Of a stretch of 64,000 nt of DNA, positions 55,024 to 64,000 are shown in pieces. The position numbers and the translations under genes were made by a program. Position 1 is the stretch's first letter. Every line of letters begins with the position of its first letter. The notes under the pieces were generated by a model. The model saw only the letters and a list, made by a program, of their open reading frames with translations. It was not told where the DNA came from and did no database searches. This DNA comes from Candidatus Poseidoniaceae archaeon (GTDB lineage: Archaea; Thermoplasmatota; Poseidoniia; Poseidoniales; Poseidoniaceae): the NCBI GenBank assembly GCA_030747785.1, contig JASLKC010000007.1:13530-77529 (forward strand), read 5' to 3'.

Positions 55024-57660
55024 TCAATTTCTTTCAAATAAGGCACTAAAAGAAGACATAGTTTCAGTATATAGTCCTTGAATTATATCCCAAATCATTG
55101 GCATAGTTCCACCGGAACCGGACAACCTCGCTCCATTGATGATAACACCAATTACACTGATCTCGTGTACGAGGACCATTAAGGCTAGGTTCTGACTAAT
55201 GCCCGCGAGAACTAAGTATACCAAAACGAAAGTAATTGCCACTGAATACGCAAGGTTCTGAATCAACACTCTACTCGTTTTTCGTGCTTGGGCCAATACA
55301 TCTGCAATGAGACCTGTTTGATTACCTGGAATCAATACATCGGCCGCATCTAGATTGGTTGATTCGCCAGTACCGATTGCAATTCCGATATCGGCTGCTG
55401 CCATAGCTGCAGCATCATTGAATCCATCTCCAACCATCATTGTAACATGAGTCTTAGAACGCCCTGTAACCCAGGCTACTTTGTCTTCTGGAGTCATTTC
55501 TCCATGAGCTGCATTTGCTGGGATGCCAATTGCCTTTGCAAGTGCATCTACTGCACCTTGATTATCGCCGCTAAGCATTTCTACATTGATGCCTTGAGAA
55601 TGCAGGCGCTTGATCAAATCTTCAGCACCTGCCCTTAGGTCATCATGAATGAATGTGAACAATGCTACTGGCTTGCCATCCTTCAGAAGTAGAGATGCGC
55701 CATGACCTTCTTTTCTTGCACTTGCTAAAGCATTGGTTAGGGCCCCACCCACCATTTCTTCTTCTGCTCTAACCATTGAAACTGAAACTCCTGAAACTTT
55801 GCCATGTACTCCTTTTTCACCATCGGTTATCGACGACACAGAAGTGAAATTGACGCCCTCTTCTTCAGCCAAAGCAATCACAGCCTGAGCATAAGGGTGG
55901 TTGGATGAAACTTCAATCCCGGCTGCAAGTGCGATTGCTGCCCCTCGACGACGACCTCGTGCAAGTACAACTTCGCCAATTCGAGGTTTTCCACTTGTCA
56001 AGGTTCCAGTCTTGTCTAATAGTGCTAGATTGACTTTGGATAAGGTTTCGAGAACATCGCCTCCCCTTGCAATTATTCCCTGTCGCGATGCTTTGGCAAG
56101 TGCTGCTGCATGTGGAACCGGAGTGGCGAGAAGTAGGGCACAAGGACAAGCAACTACCCATAATAGGAAAATCAATTTCAAGTCCGCACCCGGTACGGCG
56201 AAATAGGCTACAGATGCACCTATGAGAACCAATGGGACCCATACTGATGTGAATGTTTCAAGGGTACCCTGTATCCTTGTTGGTTGCTCTCTAAAGGAAT
56301 GCACTGCTTCAATTAATCCTGAAAGTCTAGTATCTTCCCCACTAGCTTCAACCTTCATCACGACAGGTCCGCGTGCAAGAGTTAGTCCTGCTTGTATTGC
56401 ATCACCTGCGCCTACATCTACGGGGACACTCTCTCCGGTCAAAGGTGCTCTATTTATCGAACCTGTACCAGAAATAATCACCCCATCTGCTGGAATTAAT
56501 TCTCCGGACCTTATTTCAAGATAATCTCCCTTCATTATCAAATCAACCGGTACTTCTTCGATTGCAGGGCCAGAGTTTGTTGAAACTGGAGCCATCTCGA
56601 GTTTGATTTCTTTTGTAATTGTAAGAGGTTTTGACTTGGGCTCTGGGACTCTGCGTGCCAGCCGAGGGAGTCGATCGAGTCCTCCTTGCATTGCTTCGCG
56701 TGATTTTGTTAGGGCATCGCCTTCCATATGTTCTGTCCAGGCAACGAGTATTACAACCATCAAAGCCTCATCCCAATGTTGGAGATATGATGCACCTAAT
56801 ACTGCAAGAGTAGTTAGAACCTGGAAACCCAATTGTCTATTCTTCAAACTGGCAAGCGCCTGCATGAACATACGAGCACCACCAGCCAGAACACCAATAA
56901 TTCCAATTGAAGTTTCAGCGACCATGTTTTCTATTCCAAGTATTGCGAATAAAATTAAGGTGGCAAACATGACGAATGCTATTCCAGATCCAATCAATCG
57001 CCACTGGGCCGAAGAGATTCTAGTTGATTTGGTCTCACTCAATTGATAGGTTGAGCCGATAACCGCTTTCAGAGAATCTTCCTGTGCTTGTCGTAATTTT
57101 GAATCCATATCGGTAATGACTTGAAGCAAAATGCGTCCATCTTTGTCTATTTCACAATCAAGGACTCCAGGTTGTCGGCGGAACAGGCGTGGCAAGCCTT
57201 TCGTGGAAATACCATGCCGGTTTGCAATTGCTTCCGCCTTTACTCCTCTGATTTCCATGTGCGGTAAGTCTGGTGCATTTCCAAGGCTCTTCAAGATGGT
57301 AGAAAGTTCTGCAATATCGCCCTTATCAAAGTCGACTTGAACATTGATTAAACCATCTGTAGCACTTACTTTGACTTCTCCGACTTGGTCTAAGCGACTG
57401 AGCGCTTTCATCGCTTTACTTGCGCAATCTGGACAATCCATGTCAAGAAGAGGCCAACAGATGTCGTGAACTCCGCCGTAGTCACCTAGAACTTCCATAT
57501 CTACAGGTTCAACTTCTATCGGAGAGGCTTCGGCGACTTTCTTTTTCACAGTCTTAGACTGTGATTTGACCTTGGGCTTCCACCTGCTTTTGGCAATTAC
57601 AGGTTCGTCCTCTTCACCTTCCAGAGAGAGGAAGATGTCGTCAGAATCCTCGCTCGACAC
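55024..57660 (-). CDS. Heavy-metal-translocating P1B-type ATPase
   Basis: N-terminal HMA-like DMDCPDCASKAMKAL, TM CPC motif (VVACPCALLLATP), DKTGTLT and GDGFNDAAAMA. Metal specificity is not assignable from motifs. Confidence 0.9.
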   Translation of the reverse strand: MSSEDSDDIFLSLEGEEDEPVIAKSRWKPKVKSQSKTVKKKVAEASPIEVEPVDMEVLGDYGGVHDICWPLLDMDCPDCASKAMKALSRLDQVGEVKVSATDGLINVQVDFDKGDIAELSTILKSLGNAPDLPHMEIRGVKAEAIANRHGISTKGLPRLFRRQPGVLDCEIDKDGRILLQVITDMDSKLRQAQEDSLKAVIGSTYQLSETKSTRISSAQWRLIGSGIAFVMFATLILFAILGIENMVAETSIGIIGVLAGGARMFMQALASLKNRQLGFQVLTTLAVLGASYLQHWDEALMVVILVAWTEHMEGDALTKSREAMQGGLDRLPRLARRVPEPKSKPLTITKEIKLEMAPVSTNSGPAIEEVPVDLIMKGDYLEIRSGELIPADGVIISGTGSINRAPLTGESVPVDVGAGDAIQAGLTLARGPVVMKVEASGEDTRLSGLIEAVHSFREQPTRIQGTLETFTSVWVPLVLIGASVAYFAVPGADLKLIFLLWVVACPCALLLATPVPHAAALAKASRQGIIARGGDVLETLSKVNLALLDKTGTLTSGKPRIGEVVLARGRRRGAAIALAAGIEVSSNHPYAQAVIALAEEEGVNFTSVSSITDGEKGVHGKVSGVSVSMVRAEEEMVGGALTNALASARKEGHGASLLLKDGKPVALFTFIHDDLRAGAEDLIKRLHSQGINVEMLSGDNQGAVDALAKAIGIPANAAHGEMTPEDKVAWVTGRSKTHVTMMVGDGFNDAAAMAAADIGIAIGTGESTNLDAADVLIPGNQTGLIADVLAQARKTSRVLIQNLAYSVAITFVLVYLVLAGISQNLALMVLVHEISVIGVIINGARLSGSGGTMPMIWDIIQGLYTETMSSFSALFERN

Positions 57661-57736
57661 ATTATGTGGCGGTCATCCATCGGTCATGAAGGCTCGTATC
57701 GCAAGCGTATTGAGGACGCCGTAAGTCGGGGGGTCT

Positions 57737-58453
57737 ATGCAATGGTTACCAGAGGGATGGATGCCACTTGCTATCGCAGTAGATATCGACGGTACAATCA
57801 CCGATAGTGAGAAACGGATTCACACTGGTGCAATTCACTCATTACGCAGACTCGAAGAGGCGGGGATTCCAGTTATTCTCTGTACTGGGAATACCCGTGC
57901 TATCACTTACGGGTTGTGGAGATTCCTTGCACTTAGTGGACCTATTGTCTGTGAAAATGGTGGCGTAATATGGCACCCTAGTTGGGATAAGGCAATTATT
58001 CGTGCAGATGGAGAAAGAGCGCGAAATGCAGCTTTTGAAATGGCCGACGATATTGGAATAGACGCTGCTGGAATCACAACAAATGCATGGAGAGAATCGG
58101 AATGGTGCCTATTTCCATATGAAGATCTTGCCAAGATAGAAGATTGGATTTCCACATCTAAATACAGTGACCTTTCAGTAGTGCGAACCGGCTTTGCGAT
58201 TCATCTAATGGAGCCCCAACTATCCAAAGGAGAAGGGTTGAAAATTGCACTTTCACACTTGGGTATTAGTCCAAGCGATGTGCTTGCAATAGGTGATGCT
58301 CCCAACGATATTCCAATGTTTGAACTCGTAGGCCACGCAATTGCTGTAGGAGGTAGTTTCGATTCATTGACGGAAGTTGCAGATTTAGTGTCGCCCCATA
58401 TGCACGGAGATACATTTGAGCCACTAGTAGACTCAATACTCAACAAATTTTGA
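57737..58453 (+). CDS. HAD-IIB phosphatase (archaeal phosphoglycolate phosphatase-like)
   Basis: AVDIDGTITD (motif I), LCTGN and GDAPNDIPMF (motif IV). The start could instead be the internal ATG at 57761. Confidence 0.7.
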   Translation: MQWLPEGWMPLAIAVDIDGTITDSEKRIHTGAIHSLRRLEEAGIPVILCTGNTRAITYGLWRFLALSGPIVCENGGVIWHPSWDKAIIRADGERARNAAFEMADDIGIDAAGITTNAWRESEWCLFPYEDLAKIEDWISTSKYSDLSVVRTGFAIHLMEPQLSKGEGLKIALSHLGISPSDVLAIGDAPNDIPMFELVGHAIAVGGSFDSLTEVADLVSPHMHGDTFEPLVDSILNKF

Positions 58454-58456
58454 GAG

Positions 58457-58538
58457 TGCCGGAGGTAGGATTTGAACCTACGAAGCATTTCGCAGCGCAT
58501 CTTGAGTGCGCCCCCTTTGACCACTCGGGTACTCCGGC
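58457..58538 (-). tRNA. tRNA-Leu (anticodon CAA), class II with long variable arm, CCA not encoded
   Basis: Hand-folded on the minus strand. Acceptor is GCCGGAG/CTCCGGC and the anticodon arm is GCGCA-CTCAAGA-TGCGC. The variable arm is CGAA-ATGC-TTCG and the T loop is TTCAAAT. Confidence 0.9.
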
Positions 58539-58567
58539 TATGACCAACGGGCTATGCCCATTAGACA

Positions 58568-61500
58568 TCATTCTTCCTCAAACGGATTTTCTATTCTCAA
58601 GGAGTGTTTTCTATTTGCAATTAGCAAAACCATGCCTGCAATAAATACACTCAAGAATGCCAAACCAAGCAATTTCCCTTCGTTTGAACCGGCATTTTCA
58701 TCTCTGCTTTCCGCATCGGCTAGAGGTACAGGAGCATGCGCTCCGTCTAGCGAAATTACTAGGCCAAGGTCGCCGGTTTTCCAGACCTCAACCGCGAAAT
58801 TAAATCCTTTTGATTCGCCTTGAGAAAGGTTCACCTCATATTCACCAAGCAATCGCCCTTCGCCATCTGTAAGGCTGAGATAAGATGTCCCACCAAGAAC
58901 TCCATCGTTTTGAACCAAAACTGCAATTTCTACAATATCTCCCACCTCGGGACGATATGGTTCGGTTACGATATCTGCTAGTACGGGTTCATATGCAATC
59001 CAACGGATTACCGGTTGTATCGGTTCAGTATTACTGGTGCCAAGACCTGACAAGATCCGTCCTGAAGAGTCGGTTCCTGAGAACCAAATTAGAAGGCCGT
59101 CATTCTCCTGTAATTCAATACCGAGTGGAGAAATATCAACAGTTTCTCCGCACATAGTGGTCTTTGAATCATAATAGATTACATTGATTGTATCCGAGCC
59201 CCCTGCGCCTTCTAGAACTCTGCCATTTCTGATATATTCCCAATACATTGTGACTGCTGAACCATCTAATCCTTCTTGGTCATGGACTGTGATTTCTACT
59301 GGCACCTCATATAATTCATCGGAATCGATACTGACAAGCATTCCTGGCGATACCGACATTGTTGGGTTATTGTTATCGATAACTACGGTAACAACGTCGC
59401 CCGTACGTTCATGTCCATCGATTCCGTGTAATCTCACTTCTACTCGTACCTGTGACCCAAACCTAACTTGATCGAAAATGACACGTATTTCTGAAGTTCC
59501 ATCGGAATTCATGCCTTCACGCAATTCTTCATGGTCATCGCCGATTAAATCCATCTCAATTTCTGTTGAGAACGGAAGATTGTGCGCCGGAATATCAGTG
59601 TCAGCATGGGTTACCAATAATTGGAAATCAACCATATCTTGACCATGGATATACAGTATCCCATCCAATAATTTACCATGAGGACTGTTCACATCATCTG
59701 CGTCAATAATTGACAATTCTACTCCTAAATGCAAATCCCATTCAAGTGGAGAAATAGCACTGAATCCTGCTCCAAGCGGGGCATTTTCATCCCATAATTT
59801 GAGCATAGGAACAAACGGTCCGGAACCGATGTCTTCTTCCAAGTCCCAACGTAATTCGAAGAAGATCTTAACATCCCAGACAGAGAATAATGGTCTTTGA
59901 GTAGCTTCAACCCTTGGTGTAATAATGAAACAGCCTGAATCGCCTATCACTTCACCACTCCAAGGCATCCATTCGATTTCGCAATTTTCATCGTCTCCAT
60001 CAAGTGAAAACCTCAATGTATCAATCGATTCGATACCATTCTCATCACTGAGTGTGAAATTGAATGTATGATGAGTTCCAGGATATAGGAAACCATCGGT
60101 ATTGTCCATACCGAGGCTTCCTCCATCGATAAATGTCGCATGTCTATTCTGATATTGGATTGTTGCAAGCGGGGCATTTGACTTTCCAGCATTTTCAATA
60201 GGATTTCCTGCCAAATCATAACCGAGGAAATATACTCTAACATCTCCTTCTGTCATACCTGAAATTGGAATGCTGGATTCTTCGATTAATGGAAGATCGA
60301 CTACTGCATTGGTTGCACCAATAGGAGTGGCAAATGGAATAATCTCCCAATCGCGATTGCTCTTTGAAATAACCATATTCATCGAAGATGGTAACCCATT
60401 ATCATCAGAAAGCGTGAGACGTAATGGCAAGTCTTGACCGGGATACCAAACATGACCATCTGCAGGTTGAGGCCCACCCGGGGCAGCGACTTCGAGAGAG
60501 ATTACCTCACTAGCAGCATTATCCAGAATGAATTCAGCATTTTGGTACTCTGCCGTCACATCTATTGCACTATTTGCATCGAGAGTACCTACTCGAGTTA
60601 GAACTGGTCTAAGTGTCATATTGAGTCCACTATCTGTATCTGATGGAGTCACAATATCAAGATCGAAAATTCCATTTTCATCGATTTGTGTAGCATGTGT
60701 AGAGATTACAACATTCCCTGCAAATAATTCGATATTGATTTCGACATCATCGATATTAGGATGGATATTTGCTAGTCCAGAAAACCTAACCTCTCCACTA
60801 ACATGTAGAGTTTCATTGGCCTTGACCTTCATCGGCCAAGATGGGTCTGTAGCATCTGATAACATTCTGAAGCCGTCACTAACCTCGAATGCAACCGCTT
60901 CAAGGTCATTAGTCACAGCCGAGTTCAGACCTGAACCAGTAATTCCATGGGCAGGACCTAGAATTACTCCTAACTCATTCTCGGCCTGTACTAACCAATG
61001 GAGGCGGGGGAGGTCGTCGAATAACCAATGGCCGGTTATCGACCAGGTCATATTCACTCCATCCCATGTTGAATTGCTTGAATCAATCGAAGCATAAGCC
61101 GCACCTTGTTTCTGGATGAAACGCCCTCCTGTGTCAAGCAGGTCGACTTCAATCTCAATTAGAGAGTCACTAATTTGAGGAGTAGGGGAGAGGAATAGGC
61201 TAATCTTCTCTACTGCAGGTTGCCCTTCTAGGACAACATGATTGGAAGTAGCGCTTACCGTGCGCCCGGGATAGATTGTATCGCTTGGTAAAGTGAGCCA
61301 ATTATCGACAAAGGCTGGTTCATAATCGATAGTGCCATTGAAAGTAACCCCGCCGCGTTGAGCTGAAATTGTGACATTGTATTCGCTTATTCCGTTATTT
61401 TTGGGAATTATCATCGAAGTGAGAATGGATTCATTAATTGAAAATTCATGAGGCACTGAAGATGCAATTCTAATTCCTATAAGTTTGAAATCCATAACTG

Positions 61501-64000
61501 GATTCATTGGGTCAGTCAATGTTTTATTGACGGTGTAGATTGAAAGCCAACCCTCATCAGAATACTCCAATCTTTCCAACTGAGCATTCCAACAGTTCCA
61601 ATTGCCATCTACGGTAACCAGGAAGCATCCGTCTCTATCATCATACCATTCAAGTGAGCGATTTAGATTCATATCTGTGCTCATTGCAACACTTAATTCG
61701 ATGGTATTAGAGAAGGTTGTCTCAAATCCTCTACTATCGGAAGGCGTATGATTAACGCCATCGATTCGCGCCGAATACAATTCAGTCATGTGTTTCCATG
61801 TGCCATTCCACTGCCATTCTGGCTGGCCATCTGAGTCGAAATCTATCGCAGGGTCAATTGGGGCCCTAAGCGAAATAGGTTCGACCTTGACTACTGAATC
61901 GATTACTTCGGAGGCATTGAAAATCAATGAAAGATAATTGTTGATAGATATCGCATCAGAGGGGTTCATTTCGATAATTGTGTCCGAGCACGGTGCAGTG
62001 TAAGAGTAACCTTGGGGTTGGCCACCTTGTCCTTGACTTGAAATTTCAAATTGTGGCATTCCCATTATTCCAATTGACGCATTTCCATCACAACTGATTT
62101 TCACTGCATTGAAGGGACGCCATAAGCCAATATCCATTCCTGCAGTCTGATAGCTCGAACCAGTATTTTGGAATCCATCACTCCCTCTTCTATCCAAATT
62201 TTCGGCAATGCTCCAATCGAGATCTGAATCAAAGGTGATGTACTCCGTCATACCATGATGAAGAATTTTCAATCTTGGAGTTACTTCCTCGTCTGCAGTC
62301 CACATATTTACGCGGAATTGCAATTGTGAATGCTCCCACGCACCAATGTGAAGATCCAATGGAAGTGATTTATTTTCAAATCCTGGAACAATAAATCCTG
62401 TAGCATCTAATACGTCGACTGACAAACCGGTCTCGCTAGGGCTCATTGTGATTCCAGTAAGACGCCCCCACCCGGCTTCATCAACATCGATTAGTGGACT
62501 TATCCAAGTACCGTTTGCAATGAAACGATCGATTTCAATTCCCGCATCATCGATGTACCAGCCAGCGTCATTGACATATGAATCCGAGAAGAATGAAAAT
62601 CTGATTCTAACGTCATTACCTGATAGATATGAGATGTCCCCGCTCTTGATGTCGAAAATTTGTGCGCTGTTATTATTTCCACAACCATTTGACACGGTTG
62701 AACCATCGAAGATGCCGTGATTGTAGAATGGACTCCTCGTGTTGACATTGCTTTGGCGTTCATAGAATCCTGTGATATTGTCGCCATAATACTGCCATGT
62801 GATTCCATCATCAATAGATGTGTAAATCGCTCCGCCATCCCACTCTGCTTCTGTACAAATCCAATGGTGAAATGTTAGGCGAGCCGTAGAATTTACTGGA
62901 ATAGTGTATGCAGGGCTCACAAGATGAGTGAATGTATTGTGAGCATATCTACCATCAAGATTTACTCCCATTCCCTTAGAACCAGAAGGCCAAGTTGTAG
63001 AATTAGGGCCAATCCTATTGCTATTATCGATAACTCCAACTTCCCAAGGAGTATTGCCGCGCTCGTGATCAATACGCCATCCAAACGGCATTTCTTGATT
63101 TATCTCAAATGACTCGCTGGTTGACCACGGGCCATTATGCCCTTCCCAATCGATATATTGCCATTCGTTGACACTAGTGTTTGCAATGAATAAGGAGTGG
63201 TTTGCGTTTGAAGATAAATTATCCAACAGAATCTTTGTTGGAGTTGTAGTAGCAGTTGAAGAAATAACTGAAATGTCATCTATCATTATTCCCTCCCACC
63301 CATCTATTGCGCTACCACCATTATTGCGGACTTGGTCAGTAGTAACTCTGAATTTTAACAATGCTGAAGATGCATTTTGATGAATTGCGGTCAGTGCTGG
63401 AAGAGGATGATGTACCTCTCTCCAACCATAGGATTGCTCAGTGTAATGATTACCTCCAATTGTAAAACCTAAGCCTGGAACACCTGGAAGAGGTGATGAG
63501 ATTGTCCAAGTAACGCCATTGTCCATCGAAATCATCACAACCATATTGTCAGCATAATCAGCTTCGATATCCCAATTGGAATAATATGATAATTCGAGAG
63601 GATCGGTTAATCCAGAAAGGTCAACGGGAATGATAAGAGAACCGTCTGCCATTGGAGAATAACCGCCGGATGCATTTCCGTGGAACCATGAACGAAGTGG
63701 TTCGCCATCATTGGCTAATCTGAAATCATCAACAAAGAATCCTTGGTCCGGGCCACTAGAGCCACTTGTTGTAGAAAAGCGAACTGTGATGCCTGATGCA
63801 TTTGCTAACATTGAGTCGAGAGTGTATGACTCTTCGACCCAATTTTCATCTTGCCCACTCCAATTTTCAATCTCGACCCAATTTACTCCATGGTTGAAAG
63901 AGACTTCAATCGCACTCAAATCATCGCTTCCAAGAGAATACCACCTTGAGAAATTGAGTGTGAAATTATTCACGACAGCAGGCACATCCCATGTTTGAGA
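58568..64000 (-). CDS. Giant surface protein (over 1805 aa, N-terminus beyond the window) with CARDB-like domain, C-terminal TM helix and short acidic tail
   Basis: The ORF is open to the window edge. It carries repeated GxxxDD(I/F)xx modules (GFFVDDFRL, GIMIDDISV, GWYIDDAGI). The C-terminus has a CARDB-like segment (VGDIVEIAVLVQNDG...), TM helix LAFLSVFIAGMVLLI and the tail ...NPFEEE. Confidence 0.6.
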   Translation of the reverse strand, partial: SQTWDVPAVVNNFTLNFSRWYSLGSDDLSAIEVSFNHGVNWVEIENWSGQDENWVEESYTLDSMLANASGITVRFSTTSGSSGPDQGFFVDDFRLANDGEPLRSWFHGNASGGYSPMADGSLIIPVDLSGLTDPLELSYYSNWDIEADYADNMVVMISMDNGVTWTISSPLPGVPGLGFTIGGNHYTEQSYGWREVHHPLPALTAIHQNASSALLKFRVTTDQVRNNGGSAIDGWEGIMIDDISVISSTATTTPTKILLDNLSSNANHSLFIANTSVNEWQYIDWEGHNGPWSTSESFEINQEMPFGWRIDHERGNTPWEVGVIDNSNRIGPNSTTWPSGSKGMGVNLDGRYAHNTFTHLVSPAYTIPVNSTARLTFHHWICTEAEWDGGAIYTSIDDGITWQYYGDNITGFYERQSNVNTRSPFYNHGIFDGSTVSNGCGNNNSAQIFDIKSGDISYLSGNDVRIRFSFFSDSYVNDAGWYIDDAGIEIDRFIANGTWISPLIDVDEAGWGRLTGITMSPSETGLSVDVLDATGFIVPGFENKSLPLDLHIGAWEHSQLQFRVNMWTADEEVTPRLKILHHGMTEYITFDSDLDWSIAENLDRRGSDGFQNTGSSYQTAGMDIGLWRPFNAVKISCDGNASIGIMGMPQFEISSQGQGGQPQGYSYTAPCSDTIIEMNPSDAISINNYLSLIFNASEVIDSVVKVEPISLRAPIDPAIDFDSDGQPEWQWNGTWKHMTELYSARIDGVNHTPSDSRGFETTFSNTIELSVAMSTDMNLNRSLEWYDDRDGCFLVTVDGNWNCWNAQLERLEYSDEGWLSIYTVNKTLTDPMNPVMDFKLIGIRIASSVPHEFSINESILTSMIIPKNNGISEYNVTISAQRGGVTFNGTIDYEPAFVDNWLTLPSDTIYPGRTVSATSNHVVLEGQPAVEKISLFLSPTPQISDSLIEIEVDLLDTGGRFIQKQGAAYASIDSSNSTWDGVNMTWSITGHWLFDDLPRLHWLVQAENELGVILGPAHGITGSGLNSAVTNDLEAVAFEVSDGFRMLSDATDPSWPMKVKANETLHVSGEVRFSGLANIHPNIDDVEINIELFAGNVVISTHATQIDENGIFDLDIVTPSDTDSGLNMTLRPVLTRVGTLDANSAIDVTAEYQNAEFILDNAASEVISLEVAAPGGPQPADGHVWYPGQDLPLRLTLSDDNGLPSSMNMVISKSNRDWEIIPFATPIGATNAVVDLPLIEESSIPISGMTEGDVRVYFLGYDLAGNPIENAGKSNAPLATIQYQNRHATFIDGGSLGMDNTDGFLYPGTHHTFNFTLSDENGIESIDTLRFSLDGDDENCEIEWMPWSGEVIGDSGCFIITPRVEATQRPLFSVWDVKIFFELRWDLEEDIGSGPFVPMLKLWDENAPLGAGFSAISPLEWDLHLGVELSIIDADDVNSPHGKLLDGILYIHGQDMVDFQLLVTHADTDIPAHNLPFSTEIEMDLIGDDHEELREGMNSDGTSEIRVIFDQVRFGSQVRVEVRLHGIDGHERTGDVVTVVIDNNNPTMSVSPGMLVSIDSDELYEVPVEITVHDQEGLDGSAVTMYWEYIRNGRVLEGAGGSDTINVIYYDSKTTMCGETVDISPLGIELQENDGLLIWFSGTDSSGRILSGLGTSNTEPIQPVIRWIAYEPVLADIVTEPYRPEVGDIVEIAVLVQNDGVLGGTSYLSLTDGEGRLLGEYEVNLSQGESKGFNFAVEVWKTGDLGLVISLDGAHAPVPLADAESRDENAGSNEGKLLGLAFLSVFIAGMVLLIANRKHSLRIENPFEEE

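Noticed and set aside
1-64000. A search for CRISPR arrays, transposases or integrases, prophage genes, restriction-modification or other defence systems, and rRNA genes.
   Set aside because: I found no direct-repeat/spacer arrays, no recombinase-like ORFs and no rRNA-like sequence. The tRNA genes show no flanking integration signatures, and the window reads as core chromosome.

Overview
This is a compact archaeal chromosomal segment, roughly 95% coding, with no rRNA, CRISPR array, transposase, integrase or recognisable defence genes. The archaeal assignment rests on the rpl7ae-rps28e-rpl24e-ndk-aIF5B cluster, deoxyhypusine synthase, a geranylgeranyl reductase, a Sec11-type signal peptidase and a presenilin-type protease. 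Gene content and the giant surface proteins fit a marine planktonic Thermoplasmatota-like (MGII/III-like) heterotroph, but that is inference only. The housekeeping genes I recognise are serS, folC, dCMP deaminase, prs, an Lhr-type helicase, uvrB, an FKBP PPIase, a cspA-like gene, MoxR, ParA, a P1B metal ATPase and a CDP-alcohol phosphatidyltransferase. There is also a 3-methylcrotonyl-CoA carboxylase/enoyl-CoA hydratase (leucine catabolism) operon and a GGR-UbiD-UbiA quinone/isoprenoid cluster. Two tRNAs are present, Ile-GAU and Leu-CAA. Most starts are preceded by GGTGA/GGAGG-like Shine-Dalgarno motifs. The observations worth a second look are listed here. (1) A family of GC-rich short-loop palindromes (core CCCC-N3-GGGG) is seen only in intergenic spacers, and several abut or contain start codons. 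(2) A giant surface protein is split by a frameshift, and its CARDB-TM-acidic-tail anchor recurs in a second giant protein. (3) A presenilin/SPP-type protease carries a roughly 430-aa ectodomain insert. (4) A 275-bp AT-rich spacer holds a CAATTG array. (5) A MoxR-ParA-RHH-small-ORF string could be a SegAB/ParAG-like segregation module. (6) An approximately 840-aa coiled-coil protein has no recognisable enzymatic domain. (7) Unrelated proteins end in EEE. I see no clear, self-contained novel system, and all functional calls are by-eye motif recognition without database searches.
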